Positions 13,206 through 24,619 of a stretch of DNA of 64,000 nt are shown in pieces. The DNA comes from Cirrosporium novae-zelandiae. Taxonomy: Eukaryota. The stretch lies in NCBI GenBank assembly GCA_026023565.1, contig JAPETS010000011.1:1-64000 (forward strand), in the 5' to 3' direction. The notes under the pieces are model-generated. The model was not told the DNA's origin, ran no database searches, and was given only the letters and a program-made list of their open reading frames with translations. The position numbers were made by a program, and so were the translations under genes. Positions within the stretch are counted from its first letter, which is position 1. The number at the start of each line of letters is the position of its first letter.

Positions 13206-13814
13206 AAGATATACTTGGGTATTATTTGGTTATCTTTGAAGGGGGTTGGATTGCATCTTGGAGAGCATAGAATTGAAAAAGTTCAGGAACCATGACATTG
13301 GATAACTGATCGGAGGTGTTGGGTACACATATTCTTTGGAAGCACTGGAGTTGGAGATTTGCTTCTTTATAAAGATACCCCGGATAGTTTTTTTTTCCAA
13401 ATTATTAAGAGATACCAAGTAGTCGAAATTTATTTGATATGATGTTACCTTTGTGAAAATGGAGTAGAGGGTAGATTTGTCTGTCCGTGTACGGTACCTG
13501 AGTGCCTATCTCCAGTGAAGGCCGACCAACGCCCACAATGCTTAAAGCCATAGCCATAGATTTGAAGCGTACCGTTCATGACACCAAGAATACTCAACCT
13601 GGGTCATTATTTCTTTTCCAACTCTCCTTTTATTTAATCATCTTCCCATCTTCCACATACCTAAATACCTAATTAATTTAAATATCCAAACCCACTAACC
13701 CCAAAGATAAGTGGGGCACCGCACAACGCCGCGCCAAGCTCCCCCGTCACCAACTACCTAACAATCTACCTACATAACCCATTAACTTAACCATCAATTC
13801 AACCAATAAAGAAC

Positions 13815-13901
13815 CCCCTTGTGGTGTAGTTGGATATCACGTTCGGCTGTAATGTCAAAGTTGAAACCGAAAGGTCACCGGCTCGATTCCGGTCGAGGGG
13901 A
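13815..13901 (+). tRNA. tRNA-Tyr(GTA) with a 13-nt intron (13853-13865)
   Basis: Acceptor stem CCCCTTG/CGAGGGG plus discriminator A. A-box TGGTGTAGTTGG. Anticodon stem TTCGG/CCGAA with GTA at 13849-13851. T stem ACCGG/CCGGT. T-run terminator ~25 bp downstream. Confidence 0.93.
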
Positions 13902-14420
13902 ATTGCAAATGCATGAAACATCCAAATTTTTTTCTTCTCTTTTTTTACGGGCCGATGAATGGTTCTTCTTTGGGATTTTTTTAATGATGATTTTTCTATA
14001 CTTATTTTTTACTTCCCCTGGCTATAGATGATAAAAATGATGAAGTAGGTAGTCTAAGTAATTAGGGGAGTTAATCAAGCCTTAGAGTAGGAAATCATTA
14101 TCATCGGCCCCGAATTCCACAAATTTTTCACCATTTCCTTCCCTTGGTTTAGCTGTTCCAGTTCCTCTAACTCCGAACTCTTCTCCTCTTTTATCTCTTT
14201 ATGGAAGTTTCTCATTCATATCCACCATAAATAAACACTGCTCTATGCAATAAAAATTTACCTTTACATTTGCATTATTATTATATTACATATATCAGAC
14301 TAGCCATGGATTCTAAATTTATATATCTATACAGTGATTGTTGATTATTTTTGGAGGGGGGATGTTGTGTGATGTTTTTCGCCGAGGACTGAGGAGGACT
14401 GGCTGGGCTTTCTATTAGCC

Positions 14421-14735
14421 GTCAACTATCATCAACCAACCTACAATTTCATTTTTCTATTTACCTACCGATTACATTATCGAGAATCCCTCCTCCTCCT
14501 CCTCCTCCCATGGAAGTACAGTGATCTGTTGGTTTGCTTTGATTCAATGAAATTTATCTACTTCCGAGTTGCTATATCTCAGTAGTCGCACGATCTACCT
14601 TGGGGTTATGCCCTTGCCTGCGGAGATACAGTAGATCCCAAATGACCGGAATGTAATATTATTTATCTTACAGGCAACTAACTCCTCGATTCTATAATTT
14701 TTTTATTGCATTTAGTTTAGTATGCCATTCTAATA
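14421..14735. repeat. Decayed dispersed-repeat fragment with inverted partners at 17428-17518 and ~21390-21547
   Basis: caatttcatttttcta..ccgattaca..ccctcctcctcccatg matches the reverse complement of 17428-17518. gagttgctatatctcagt..cgcacga..tggggttatgccct..cttacagg matches the reverse complement of ~21420-21547. Confidence 0.8.
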
Positions 14736-14834
14736 TTTATATAAGCCTAGGGCCTATGTTACGGTTCCCTATTAGGCTAGACCGTTAAGGCACGCACCCT
14801 AGGCTCGCCTTATAAGGTGAGCCTCCACCCTAGC

Positions 14835-15382
14835 TCAGATCTTCATACTTTTGACCGAGAATATACGACGGTACATTAGGGGTAAGGATATTTTGATTAT
14901 ACCAACCGTGGTGCAATAGATGCATTCGTATACCATTAGAACCTGGACATCAATGTACGCTTTGAAATTTCCAATGCCAGGTAATCAATGCCTTTGCTAT
15001 CATGACTAACTGATGGCTATCCAATTCAGCGGCATGTTGGTCTAAGCCGTAATGAATCACTTGCATCCATTAGTATTTCTCTCGTTTTTTGGTTATCCGT
15101 TCTGTTTTTCATTGCCGTACAGGTAAGATTCATAGCCATATCTGCAAACAAAAAGATCTGTTGTTTGAGTTTAATTAATATTTTGTACATTTAAGAATGA
15201 CATTGGTATAGCCATTTTATTATTGTAACTATAAGTGAAGTATTATCGATACCGTAAGGAACAAGCCTAACGTATCGAGCGGCAAGTCGCAAAAGAACAA
15301 AAAACAGAGCGAGTAAAGGAAATATAACTGTTAAGGTGGATATTTCTTTCTGCCACTGGTTCTGATGGATTTCACTGCTCAT
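14835..15382 (-). pseudogene. Truncated PTH11-like (fungal rhodopsin-domain) integral membrane protein remnant
   Basis: IFPLLALFFVLLRLAARYVRLVPYGIDN, then a later exon VLMVYECIYCTTVG/IKISLPLMYRRIF with a frameshift and stop. The remaining helices are absent. Confidence 0.7.
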
Positions 15383-16147
15383 GTTGAAAAGAAACAGTCA
15401 GTTATCTGAAAAAGAAGCGTTGCAAAAGATCAAGTTTGATATAAGAGGAAATGTTTAGCATCAGAGGATAATCGTTATGGAGACTTTTTGATGCCATTGT
15501 CGCTGTTTAATAGCAGGGGAAGTATATCCTATGCTGGATCCTAGCCCTACTCAGACCAAATTCTTGTTTCTTATTAGTATCCAAGTTCATCACCCAGGCT
15601 GTTAATATAAGATTTGAACCAAAACTTTCTATTCCCATCTAGTAATGTTCAGGGTTCCCTCCCTAGAGCATCCCCGGATGGACTATACTGGCATCCCGAG
15701 GGCCCATGTTGGTTAAGGTGAACCATCTGGAATGTTTTAGTTAGGGATGCACCAAAGATAGGTGTACTTGAGTGAAAGGAAACGGCCAATGTTACCCGGT
15801 ATTCATGATTAGGATTCATGAAGGTGACGAATTGAACTAGACTGTGCCGCTCTCTAGTATTGCAACCTCAGTAACTAGGTATATTATATTATCTAGGATA
15901 AGTATCCAGACCAAAAACAATCTTCCTCAAAGAAGTCTTTACCAACCGCTTCATGGATCACTAGTCTAAAAAGAAAACCATGATAACTACACTATTGACA
16001 GGTGGGAATAAAATTTGACCGTTGAAAAGATCCTAGCTCGTATTTATAGTACATCATCCTGTCAATCCAGCATGATTGTCATTTTAATTACAAAGCTTTC
16101 CTTACTTATATTTTCATATTGATTGTTTTGATCTGCGTGCCAAAAAC

Positions 16148-16951
16148 ATGGACAAGTCCACCACTGTTGATGTTAAGCCTCACATTGTGTTTGTTCCCGG
16201 TGCTTGGCACCTCCCGTATGCTTTTGACACGGTTCGAAAACTTCTAGCCGAGGACGGATACCTTTCTGAAGTACCTGCGTTCCCTTCAGTAGGAGCCGAA
16301 CCTCCAACAAAAACCCTTAATGATGACATCCACCATGTGCATGAAGTTCTAGAGCGACTAGCTAACCAAGGGAAGAAAATTATTGTCGTGGTTCATTCGT
16401 ATGGAGGATTGGTAGGGGCTAGTGCCGTCAAAGGGTTAGAACTTTCTCAGAGGGTGAAACAAGGCAAAGATGGAAGCGTTATTATGTTGGTTTATATGAG
16501 TGCTTTTGTGGTACCGAAAGGGTCAAGTCTGAAGGACATGCTCGGTGGAAAATGGTTACCGTGGATGAAGTTCAATGGCGATTATTGTTGGAGCTCTGAA
16601 CCAGAGACTGCTTTCTACAGCGACCTTGCTCCTTATGAACAAAAGAAATGGATCTCGAAGCTCACGTACACGTCCGCTAGTGTTTTCTCTGACCCGGTTA
16701 CCTATGAACCTTGGCACAGCTTGCCTTGCATGTACCTTTTTTGTGAAAAGGATCAAGGGTTGCCTATTTCTGTGCAGAGGTCGTTTGCCGCTACCCTCAA
16801 AAAGGGGTGTCACTATAATGAGTTCTCATGCCAAGGCTCTCATTCGTCGTTCTTGAGCATGCCGGAAAAGGTTGTTGAGGCTGTGCGAAAAGCATTGCTG
16901 ATCGGTATTAATGCTAGTACTGAGATGAGGGCCCCTAATGGTAATGCATGA
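16148..16951 (+). CDS. Alpha/beta hydrolase (Abhydrolase_6-type), 267 aa, intronless
   Basis: IVFVPGAWH, VVVHSYGG nucleophile elbow, YLFCEKDQ acid, GSHSSFLS histidine. Confidence 0.92.
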   Translation: MDKSTTVDVKPHIVFVPGAWHLPYAFDTVRKLLAEDGYLSEVPAFPSVGAEPPTKTLNDDIHHVHEVLERLANQGKKIIVVVHSYGGLVGASAVKGLELSQRVKQGKDGSVIMLVYMSAFVVPKGSSLKDMLGGKWLPWMKFNGDYCWSSEPETAFYSDLAPYEQKKWISKLTYTSASVFSDPVTYEPWHSLPCMYLFCEKDQGLPISVQRSFAATLKKGCHYNEFSCQGSHSSFLSMPEKVVEAVRKALLIGINASTEMRAPNGNA

Positions 16952-17247
16952 CCTTTGACGTAATTTGGTTCAATCGATAGTGAATGTTATATATACTGAA
17001 TAGATCATATATCAGTATACCCTACCATCAGTCCGTGCGATCAGTTCACTCCATTCTCTGTTCTGTTCAAAGCGAGTTATTTTGGCTATGCTTGTTTCTT
17101 AGATATGATTATTTGCCCTTGGCATTAGATTTGTGTGCTAAGTGATTTTGTAGGTGGGATGTGCAATTGAAATGAAAAGGATCCTGGGTGAGCCTTGGGA
17201 ATAATATATATTGAAAAAGTATGCAAATGGTTAATTAGCTAGTTGGT

Positions 17248-17868
17248 TGGTAGGCTAATTAATGTTACCATTACTAAGACCTTATATTAGATAAACCTCT
17301 GCTAAATGTAAGACTACAACCGCAGTCTTAATGGTGTAAGCTACGTGTGAGAAGATCTGGCACACAAGCTAGGGTATAAAATGTGCAATAGATTACTACT
17401 GAAAAGTTCATCACGCCGTAATTATACCTGCACTTTCATGGGAGGAGGAGGGGCTCTCAGCAGTGTAATCGGTCAAGTAGAAAAATGAAATTGCAGATTG
17501 ATAGTTGATAGTTGATGGAAAGGAGTGCACATGTCGGCCTACCATCCCATGGGCTCGGCCGACCATACGTAAAAAATTAATTGTATGGTCGTATGAACTT
17601 TTATGGGGTCAACACACATCCATAACATTAAATTATGTAAAGCCTATTTTTAGGCATATCTTGGGGCTTACTTGGGGGCTTACTTGAAGGTCGCCGCGGC
17701 TAATTTTTAGCCTAGAAATTTCTATGGTCGGGTGAGCTGCGCAGTCTTTGGTAGCAGTTCTCTTCTTACACGTAGCCTACATCCCTAAGACTACAACCGT
17801 AGTCTTACATATAGCAGATGCCTATCTAATGTGATGTTTTAGTGATCGTAACATTCATTAGCCAACCA
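17248..17868. mobile_element. Non-coding ~620-bp element with ~108-bp imperfect terminal inverted repeats (MITE/foldback-like)
   Basis: 17248-17355 aligns with the reverse complement of 17761-17868 (ggctaat.aatgttac.at.actaa.ac.t.a.attagata..c.tctgcta.atgtaagactac....agtctta...gctacgtgt.agaaga). The right end abuts the break in the neighbouring pseudogene. Confidence 0.75.
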
Positions 17869-17869
17869 C

Positions 17870-18668
17870 ACCCCATCTACAAAAGGTCACCAGACGCGAA
17901 GGACAGGATAATGGATAATGCCGACTGCAGTGATCATAATTATACTCTAGTCGCCAAAGAGGCCACATGGTATGGCTGCTAGGCCCAGCTGGATGAGAGC
18001 GGTTATAAAGCCGCCGATGTAAGGCAGGTCGTAGCCTAGGTGGCCGGGCCGGGCCGAGCCTCTTTTGCCTTACGGAAACGCAGAGGCCGGCTCGCAGCGG
18101 TCGCTCGGGGAGCTGGTTAAGCGGCCCGCCGTATTCCCCGGCCTTTTTCCCCGCATCAGCCTTGATTTTCTCCCATCGCATATTGATTATCTGCTCGAGA
18201 CGACTGCGAATTAGTCTCATCCACGGTTCGTCTTCATCCATCTAAGTCTCGAAGTCTCGCACGATGTAGCCAATGACCCAGCTGTAGTTGTCGCGGACAA
18301 ACCCGTTGCTGCCGTTTATAACCTTGCAGGAACAGTCGGCGACAGGCATCAGCCTATTCTCACCGATGGCGTCCACGACGGTGTTTACCGCGTAGGCTAC
18401 CCAACCCGATGCGATGAAAGGATAAGTAAGAATTAAGTTATAGACTCGGAAAGGAGGTTGGGGACGAGATAGGGCTCGTACCGAAAGAAAAGGCGACCGG
18501 CGTCACGCGAGATCCGGCCAATTGCGCGAGCGCGCGAGCCACCATGTTGCTGCCGAGGATGAAGAGCATAAAAAAGACATCGGCCGGCTATCTCCACTGC
18601 TCCAAGGACCGAGCCGCTAGAGCACCGGGGTGGAAGTCGCGCCGATGAAGTACTGACATTGAAGGCAT
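17870..18668 (-). pseudogene. RIP-like mutated pseudogene of a conserved fungal membrane-protein family of unknown function
   Basis: Reconstructed frame: QWR*PADVFFMLFILGSNMVARALAQLAGSRVTPVAFSFG, intron, WVAYAVNTVVDAIGENRLMP..CKVING..RDNYSWVIGYIVRDFET*MD..AGLCVSV..IQLGLAAIPCGLFGD*SII. Three TAG stops, frameshifts, and a 3' truncation at the element. Confidence 0.8.
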
Positions 18669-18989
18669 CGCATCCAGCCGAGTGTTGGTGCACGCGACGG
18701 CAAAGAAAGCAGTCCACGAGCACAAGCATGAAATATTGAAGGTGGAGAATACCGAAGATTAGGGCCGACGCGAAGCAGCGAGGAGCGTTTCGCTGCTCGG
18801 TATCCCTCGGGCCGATTCTTTTCCGATAACTTTGGGTGGGTGTGCTGTGGGTAGTTTACCATGTGATTTGGCGATGGAGAAACGCTGGCTGTTCCCCAAC
18901 TACTGTGATTGTCGGTGGATTCAGTTGCCTACCGAGGCAAATAATTTGTCTTTTCCTCATCTTAAGGAAAGGAAATTGCAATATTGACA

Positions 18990-21057
18990 TTAAAGGATAG
19001 TGATAATTTGCTCTTCAGAGCTCCAAAACTCCCTTTCGACCTCTGCCTGCATGACGCAAGTGAATAGAGCAACGCGGCGGAAACAGTCATGGTGCAGATC
19101 ATGAACTTTCAGAAGCATGCCAGTCAGTGTCGGCAATTTGTCTTCCTCCGATCTTGGAGAAAACAGTGACTGTTTGGGGGGCCTCAGAGCCAGTGGAAGG
19201 GCCCAGACCTCCTCCTGTTCGCCCTCGCTCTCCACGTCCTCCAAGCGATCGGGATGGCCCCCGCCAATGATGACCAGTTTCCCGTTTGGCGCAGATCTGT
19301 ATAAAAGATTCCGGAACGGATTCCATACCATCTTCATCGACCGGGCCTTGACTTTCAGGAATCCCCCTTTGAGTGCGCCGTATGGCAAGTTGTAATGCTC
19401 AAGGTCAACATGGTAGTCCAAGATGATGCAGCATGCTTCGTGAGGCTCCACCACCGGCCCGGGGTTGTATACGATGCCGTCAACGGAAGCCCAGCTCCAC
19501 GAAGGTGCTCGGTACGCAGTCGGCCCGGGAAGGGGGTCATGACCGGCTTTTGTCCATAACAGGTCGCCGAGAAGATGGTGCTCCCACATACCCGCTACGT
19601 ACCGGCTCTTCAGCCGAAGGTGAAACTCTTCGGCGACCCCAGCTATGGCCTTTAGCCTGTCTTTGGGAGCCGTGAGTGCGCGCGGAGTAAAGTCTTGCAA
19701 GATTCTGTGCCAGAGTTTTGTCATTTCCCGCATGGTCTCCGTGTGAGGAGGGGAGCTGTCTGCTTCTGGATAAAAGAACCGAGGCGAGAGCCTGTCAATC
19801 CCTGTCAATTTGGCCCTGATGAAGCTGTTTCCGATATTCAGCAAGCCACGTTGGCACAGATACTGGAGAGTGTGGGATGCGTATATCAGAGCTCGCGGCG
19901 TAAGAATACGCTCTTCGAGGCACCAACCTCGGGAATTGGTAGGTTCCTTGTCCGCTTCGTACGGATTGCTCATTGCGCGCGGGGAGAGCGTGATGGTCCC
20001 AAGACCTCCATCTGGACAGAAAAAAGGCACAACGAAGGTTGGCAGGAGACGCGGGCAATCCTGTAGAAATCCTATGCTGACCTTTGTTGTCTTAGCGGCA
20101 ATGATAGTGAGGTGGGCGTTTTGAAATATGCGCCGCATGTTCCGAATCTCTTGCACTTTATCGTCAGCAGAATCCTGAATAATGCAATATGAATCGATCC
20201 AGAGGTAGCGAAATTGAAGCTTATGAGTAACGTGCACGGCATCCTTGATTGTTTGTGGTGTTTCGTTCATATTTAGGCCCGAAGTGACGTATTGGATTAT
20301 GTTGTCTGTAGTCGTCTTTTGCGGCTGGTCTTCGCCCCAGACGTAGCTTAAGGTGACATAAGGCTCCTCGATGCCACCTGTGTCGACTTTTAGCTTTGGT
20401 TTTCCTGGATCCTGGCAATCGAGCACGCGGGTGGGCAGAGAGGATTTGATTTGTTTGGGACAGTTCTCGTGACCCTCTCCGTTTCGCAGACATTCATGGA
20501 TGCTCTCTCGTGCGAGACGAACAATGTTCTCTGACTGCATCTCGTAAATAAGAGGCCGGGCCTGAATGAACCTTGAAGCCTCGTCATCTGTTTCTAAGTT
20601 TCAGCAAGGTTCGTCAGTTAAAGACTTGGGTAAGCGTCATACCCGACGGTGTGGAGATAGCAATGCAGGACATAGCTAGAGCTCGATCATCGCGTGCATT
20701 CTCATATTGTGTTATGAGAAACGTCTCCCCATTCCCTTCATGTCGAAATGCCACCACAATGTCTATCTTCTTCTGGCAAAGAAAGTCTGCGTCTGCTCTG
20801 GCCGACTCAGGCGAATACTGTGTCTGGGACTGGTCTTGCATAGTATTAATGACAGCATCCACCTCGGAAAAGATCATGTCGCACCATGCGCACCCCTTCT
20901 GATTCGCTTCTTGAATGTCCCTCCAGCTCATGGTGTAAGAAATCCGCTTCTGCCATGCCTCTCTAAATGATTCGGCATTGAAGAGGTGGCCGTGACAGGT
21001 GGAACAGACTAAATCTTCAACGGGCGAAGACTTAGTCTTCGATATTGAGTAACCCAT
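18990..21057 (-). CDS. HET-domain (heterokaryon incompatibility) protein, 2 exons: 21057-20643, 20587-18990 (~670 aa)
   Basis: LPTRVLD, YVTLSYVWG, PQTIKDAV, YLWIDSYCIIQD, RGWCLEERIL, DRLKAIAGVA, YRAPSWSWASVDG. The GTATGA..CAG intron restores TPSDDEASRFIQARP. Confidence 0.93.
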
Positions 21058-21389
21058 ACTTTTGGAACTCCGTAGGCACTCTACACTACACGAAGCTCAG
21101 GGTCCTAAGTTGTATCAGTGAATTACTATCGAATGACTAGCGAGGATGAATTCGGCACTCACCTATCAGCTGTCGGTCGTGCCAACGCTGATGGAAAATG
21201 CCGGACGGGCTCCGGAGCAAAGACGGCGGTTAGCAGACATAGCAAGCCGATGAGCAAAGATGGACCATCTTATAGTACCTCGCTATGTTGTGGCGGCGCG
21301 ATGAGCACCTATGTATGGACGCAGAGTAGTTGAAGACCACCAATTTCTGCAAGGCTTGTTCTAGGATGAGTAATGCTATAAAGAAACAT

Positions 21390-21547
21390 GAGGTGGAATG
21401 ATATAGTTAAAGAGCAAATGCTGCAAAATAAAAGAAGATGAGTAAATTACCTGTAAGGTAAATACAACTATTAATTACGGTAACTAGGATCTTCGCAGGG
21501 CATAACCCCACGGTGGCTCGTGCGCGCCACTGAGATACAGCAACTCA
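21390..21547. repeat. Inverted partner of the 14566-14735 repeat fragment
   Basis: gcagggcataaccccacggtggctcgtgcgcgccactgagatacagcaactc is the reverse complement of 14566-14625 with a few substitutions. Weaker similarity extends to ~21390. Confidence 0.75.
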
Positions 21548-21699
21548 GTTAGCCTTAGGCGCTAGAATCTATTGCAATACCTTTAAGATCCAGCTATATG
21601 GAGTTGAAGGATTCCGAGATCGATAAATCCTCTTCTCAGCCTTACCATAGCTAATTTTAAGAATCTCTTTTGGAACATGTTCTTGAACTATCAATTTTC

Positions 21700-22635
21700 C
21701 ATTCTAAATTATTGTTGTTTATCCGGTATGACTACATTTCATTGCACTAAACGTTCATAGCCATTCCATCTTGGTGGACAGTTCACTAGATGAAGCGCGC
21801 GACGCCAACAATGTTTCCCCGCCACCTGTGGAAACATCTCCAAATCAGGTCTCGGATGTGCCGTTGCTGATACTAGCTTGAATGCAGAGTAATCTATCCC
21901 ATCGATCAAGACTACTCCGTTGTTTGGTGAATCTGGAATATTAATTGCTGTGGATGTCTAAAAGCACATACTGGGGGGTTGACTGCAGGAATAAATGCAA
22001 TTCGCACCGTCTACTTCCTCTTCCCATCTCCTTTAAAGTCAACAATCATGATTCTACCTTGGGGTGGCATAGCTGGAACCCCGACATGCCTTGGAGATAT
22101 CAACAATCTTGACTCATCCGGCGGCACGGGCCCTTGTGTTGTGTTTCACGATGAAGAGTGCTGTTACGAGTTGCAAGACTTTTCGTTCTAGTTTCTGATG
22201 ATAGATGAAGAAATAAAAGTCCCAGAACTCCGCAAGTTCACCTGGGGTTTTGAAGACCATAGCCTCCATGGGACCATTCCAGTCGTTGCCGTTTTCCGTG
22301 CGGAGAGGATTCCCTTCTAAATACAATGTGTCTATTAGCCTCTTTATTCTCACTATAAGCCCACATTGCGCATTTTTGTTCACAGATGTCGAATCTAGCT
22401 TCAGGTACATTCTGCAAACAAAAGGCCGCTTTTTAGCTCCGCTACGAAAGGGAAAAAACAACCAGCCCAGCTCTCGGTAAACGCACTCTATGGACAGATT
22501 TCTCACAAGCTCCGTACGAAAATTTAGCTCGTGTTCTATTTCTCCGTCATAATCAATCCGTAAAGACGAAGTTATTCTAAAGGATAATTCAAGGACGAAT
22601 CTTCCTACCCTTTTCTCAAGTCCCTCTATAGACAA
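21700..22635 (-). pseudogene. Probable degraded gene of unknown family
   Basis: 173-codon open frame without an ATG start, followed by protein-like frames broken by stops. No motif recognised. Confidence 0.3.
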
Positions 22636-23585
22636 GGATATTGGAGGCCGTATATTGGATCACGAAGACAATTTGAAAGCAATTACATTAACGACAAAGC
22701 TCAAGGACCGAAGTGTACAGCTTTGAGGGTGGCATGATCGTTCAGAGAAGACTACTGTCGAGGTACTTCATCCGGATACTATCGAACAACCATAAAATGA
22801 TCAGGAATTTCGTATTCTAACCAATGCGACGGTGACACTCATGACCTCTAAGAATACGAACGAAGACCAAGTGATTCTCCAAAGAGAATTACGCGAAACC
22901 AATGCCCGAGATAAGGAGATCTTGGATGTTCGTATAAAATCTGCCTCGGGGCCAGCATGTTGTCGTACGAAGTACATCTAACAGTAAGGTCTAAATTGCC
23001 ACAGACAACATAAATAGTCCTGATTATACGGCCAGTGGCTAGGATTCTCTGTTAACAAGGCACCCTTTCACAGCACAGAAGCTTATAGAGTCTAGTATGC
23101 ATGAACCCTCAACATCTCTTTTTACTCCACCTACAAGCTAAATTTCCACAAAAACTACTTTAAGGGCAAATTCATGTCTTGCGCTAGCAGCGAGCCTGTG
23201 GTGGCCTTCCTAAGAATACCCCTGAGCAGCTCGTGGCAGCGGGTTTTCCGATTTCTATGAGTTCTTTCTAGCTTTTATACTCACTTACGATGGGAAGCTA
23301 TCCCAAGACTGATATCATCTCAACTTTTCTGGCTTGCGATTCTTGCTAGTTTTGGCTCACCAAAAACCACTGGATGCACGCAGGAGATGCAATACACGCC
23401 GCTCTTCCGCTTGTTTCGTTCAAAAAGAATCGAAGCGTGGCTGCAAACCATCTATGTAGCCACCTGGAAAGATTCTACCTCGGTAATCTTCCACTTGTTT
23501 TCTTGGCTATCTTGTATACAAACTGGAGAGACTACTAAAGAAAGAAAATTCTAAATCGATAGAAATACTACGATTGCTCTGAATT

Positions 23586-24345
23586 GTGAATGTAGCACAC
23601 TTGAGAGATGCAACAAGTACCTATCAGAGACCTCCGGAAGATTCATCCGGATCCATAATCCATGATAATATTCTCCGTAGCTTCAAGAACACACTTAATA
23701 ATACTTCATTCGTCAACCTTTTGGAGTATTCTCTAACGGCTCATTATCGCAAACGTTGCTCTCTCATATTCACGTTACAAGACACAAATCAGTACTTTAA
23801 ATCGAGAACGTCTAGTGTTCCTTCGGTTCCTCTATCATTTGACAGCAGTACTACAAAATTGCATCTGAATCTGGGGAATGACCCTCAAAGTCACAAAGAT
23901 GCTTATCCCTGTATGGGATAACCCGGATGACCCACGATCGTTGCTAAGTTCGACAAAGCTTCACCAATTTCCCCTACATCTCTAGAATTCTCAGGAGTTC
24001 TTGCAAACGATAGAGACCCAGTTGGGTGGACGGACGAAGAAATCTCAATCCCCAAAATGTTCATGTCGGTCAAGGATTTGATTGACACGGCATTCCTCTA
24101 TACACTATCACTGAGAGACTTTCAAAAGCTTGGAATACTATTTAATTGGATTAAGCAGGCTAGAAATACTATTACAACATCATACACTGTCTATTTTGCA
24201 TGAGCATATCTGCCACATTCCCAAGTGATCACGCTGTCCAGATCTGAAGCCAGCCAGGGATGAACAAGGTGATGTTGAGTCTTGAAGAGATGAGTGAAAA
24301 TGTTCAGGCTTTGATCAGAGCACTTCCCCCGCTTGGTAAATTTTG
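23586..24345 (+). pseudogene. Probable degraded gene of unknown family
   Basis: A protein-like frame continues past stops at ~23920-23930 (PTIVAKFDKASP..DPVGWTDEEISIPKMF..FNWIKQARN). No motif recognised. Confidence 0.3.
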
Positions 24346-24619
24346 AGAGTCAAGAGTCTTGATTATTGATTTGTGGAATATCTCAAGGCAGAACTTGCTT
24401 ATTTCTAATCTTGGCTCGCATTCTATGCAATGCAGTAATGATAAAATGTTTATGACCACTAGAAATCCTGTCAATTCAATTTCATCCTTTTGTTAGACTG
24501 AAGCTTCCTTCATCTTTGGTCCACGTACTTGGGCTCGATCGACCTAATTTAATTATTGAAAAGAAAAGACAAGTCCATCAATCGTCTTATGCTGCTTTGA
24601 TTTAAGTAGAGCCTTATGG

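Noticed and set aside
14756..14835. Solo LTR starting TGTTACGG
   Set aside because: TpA-rich and begins like an LTR, but there is no matching CA end, second copy or target-site duplication in the window.
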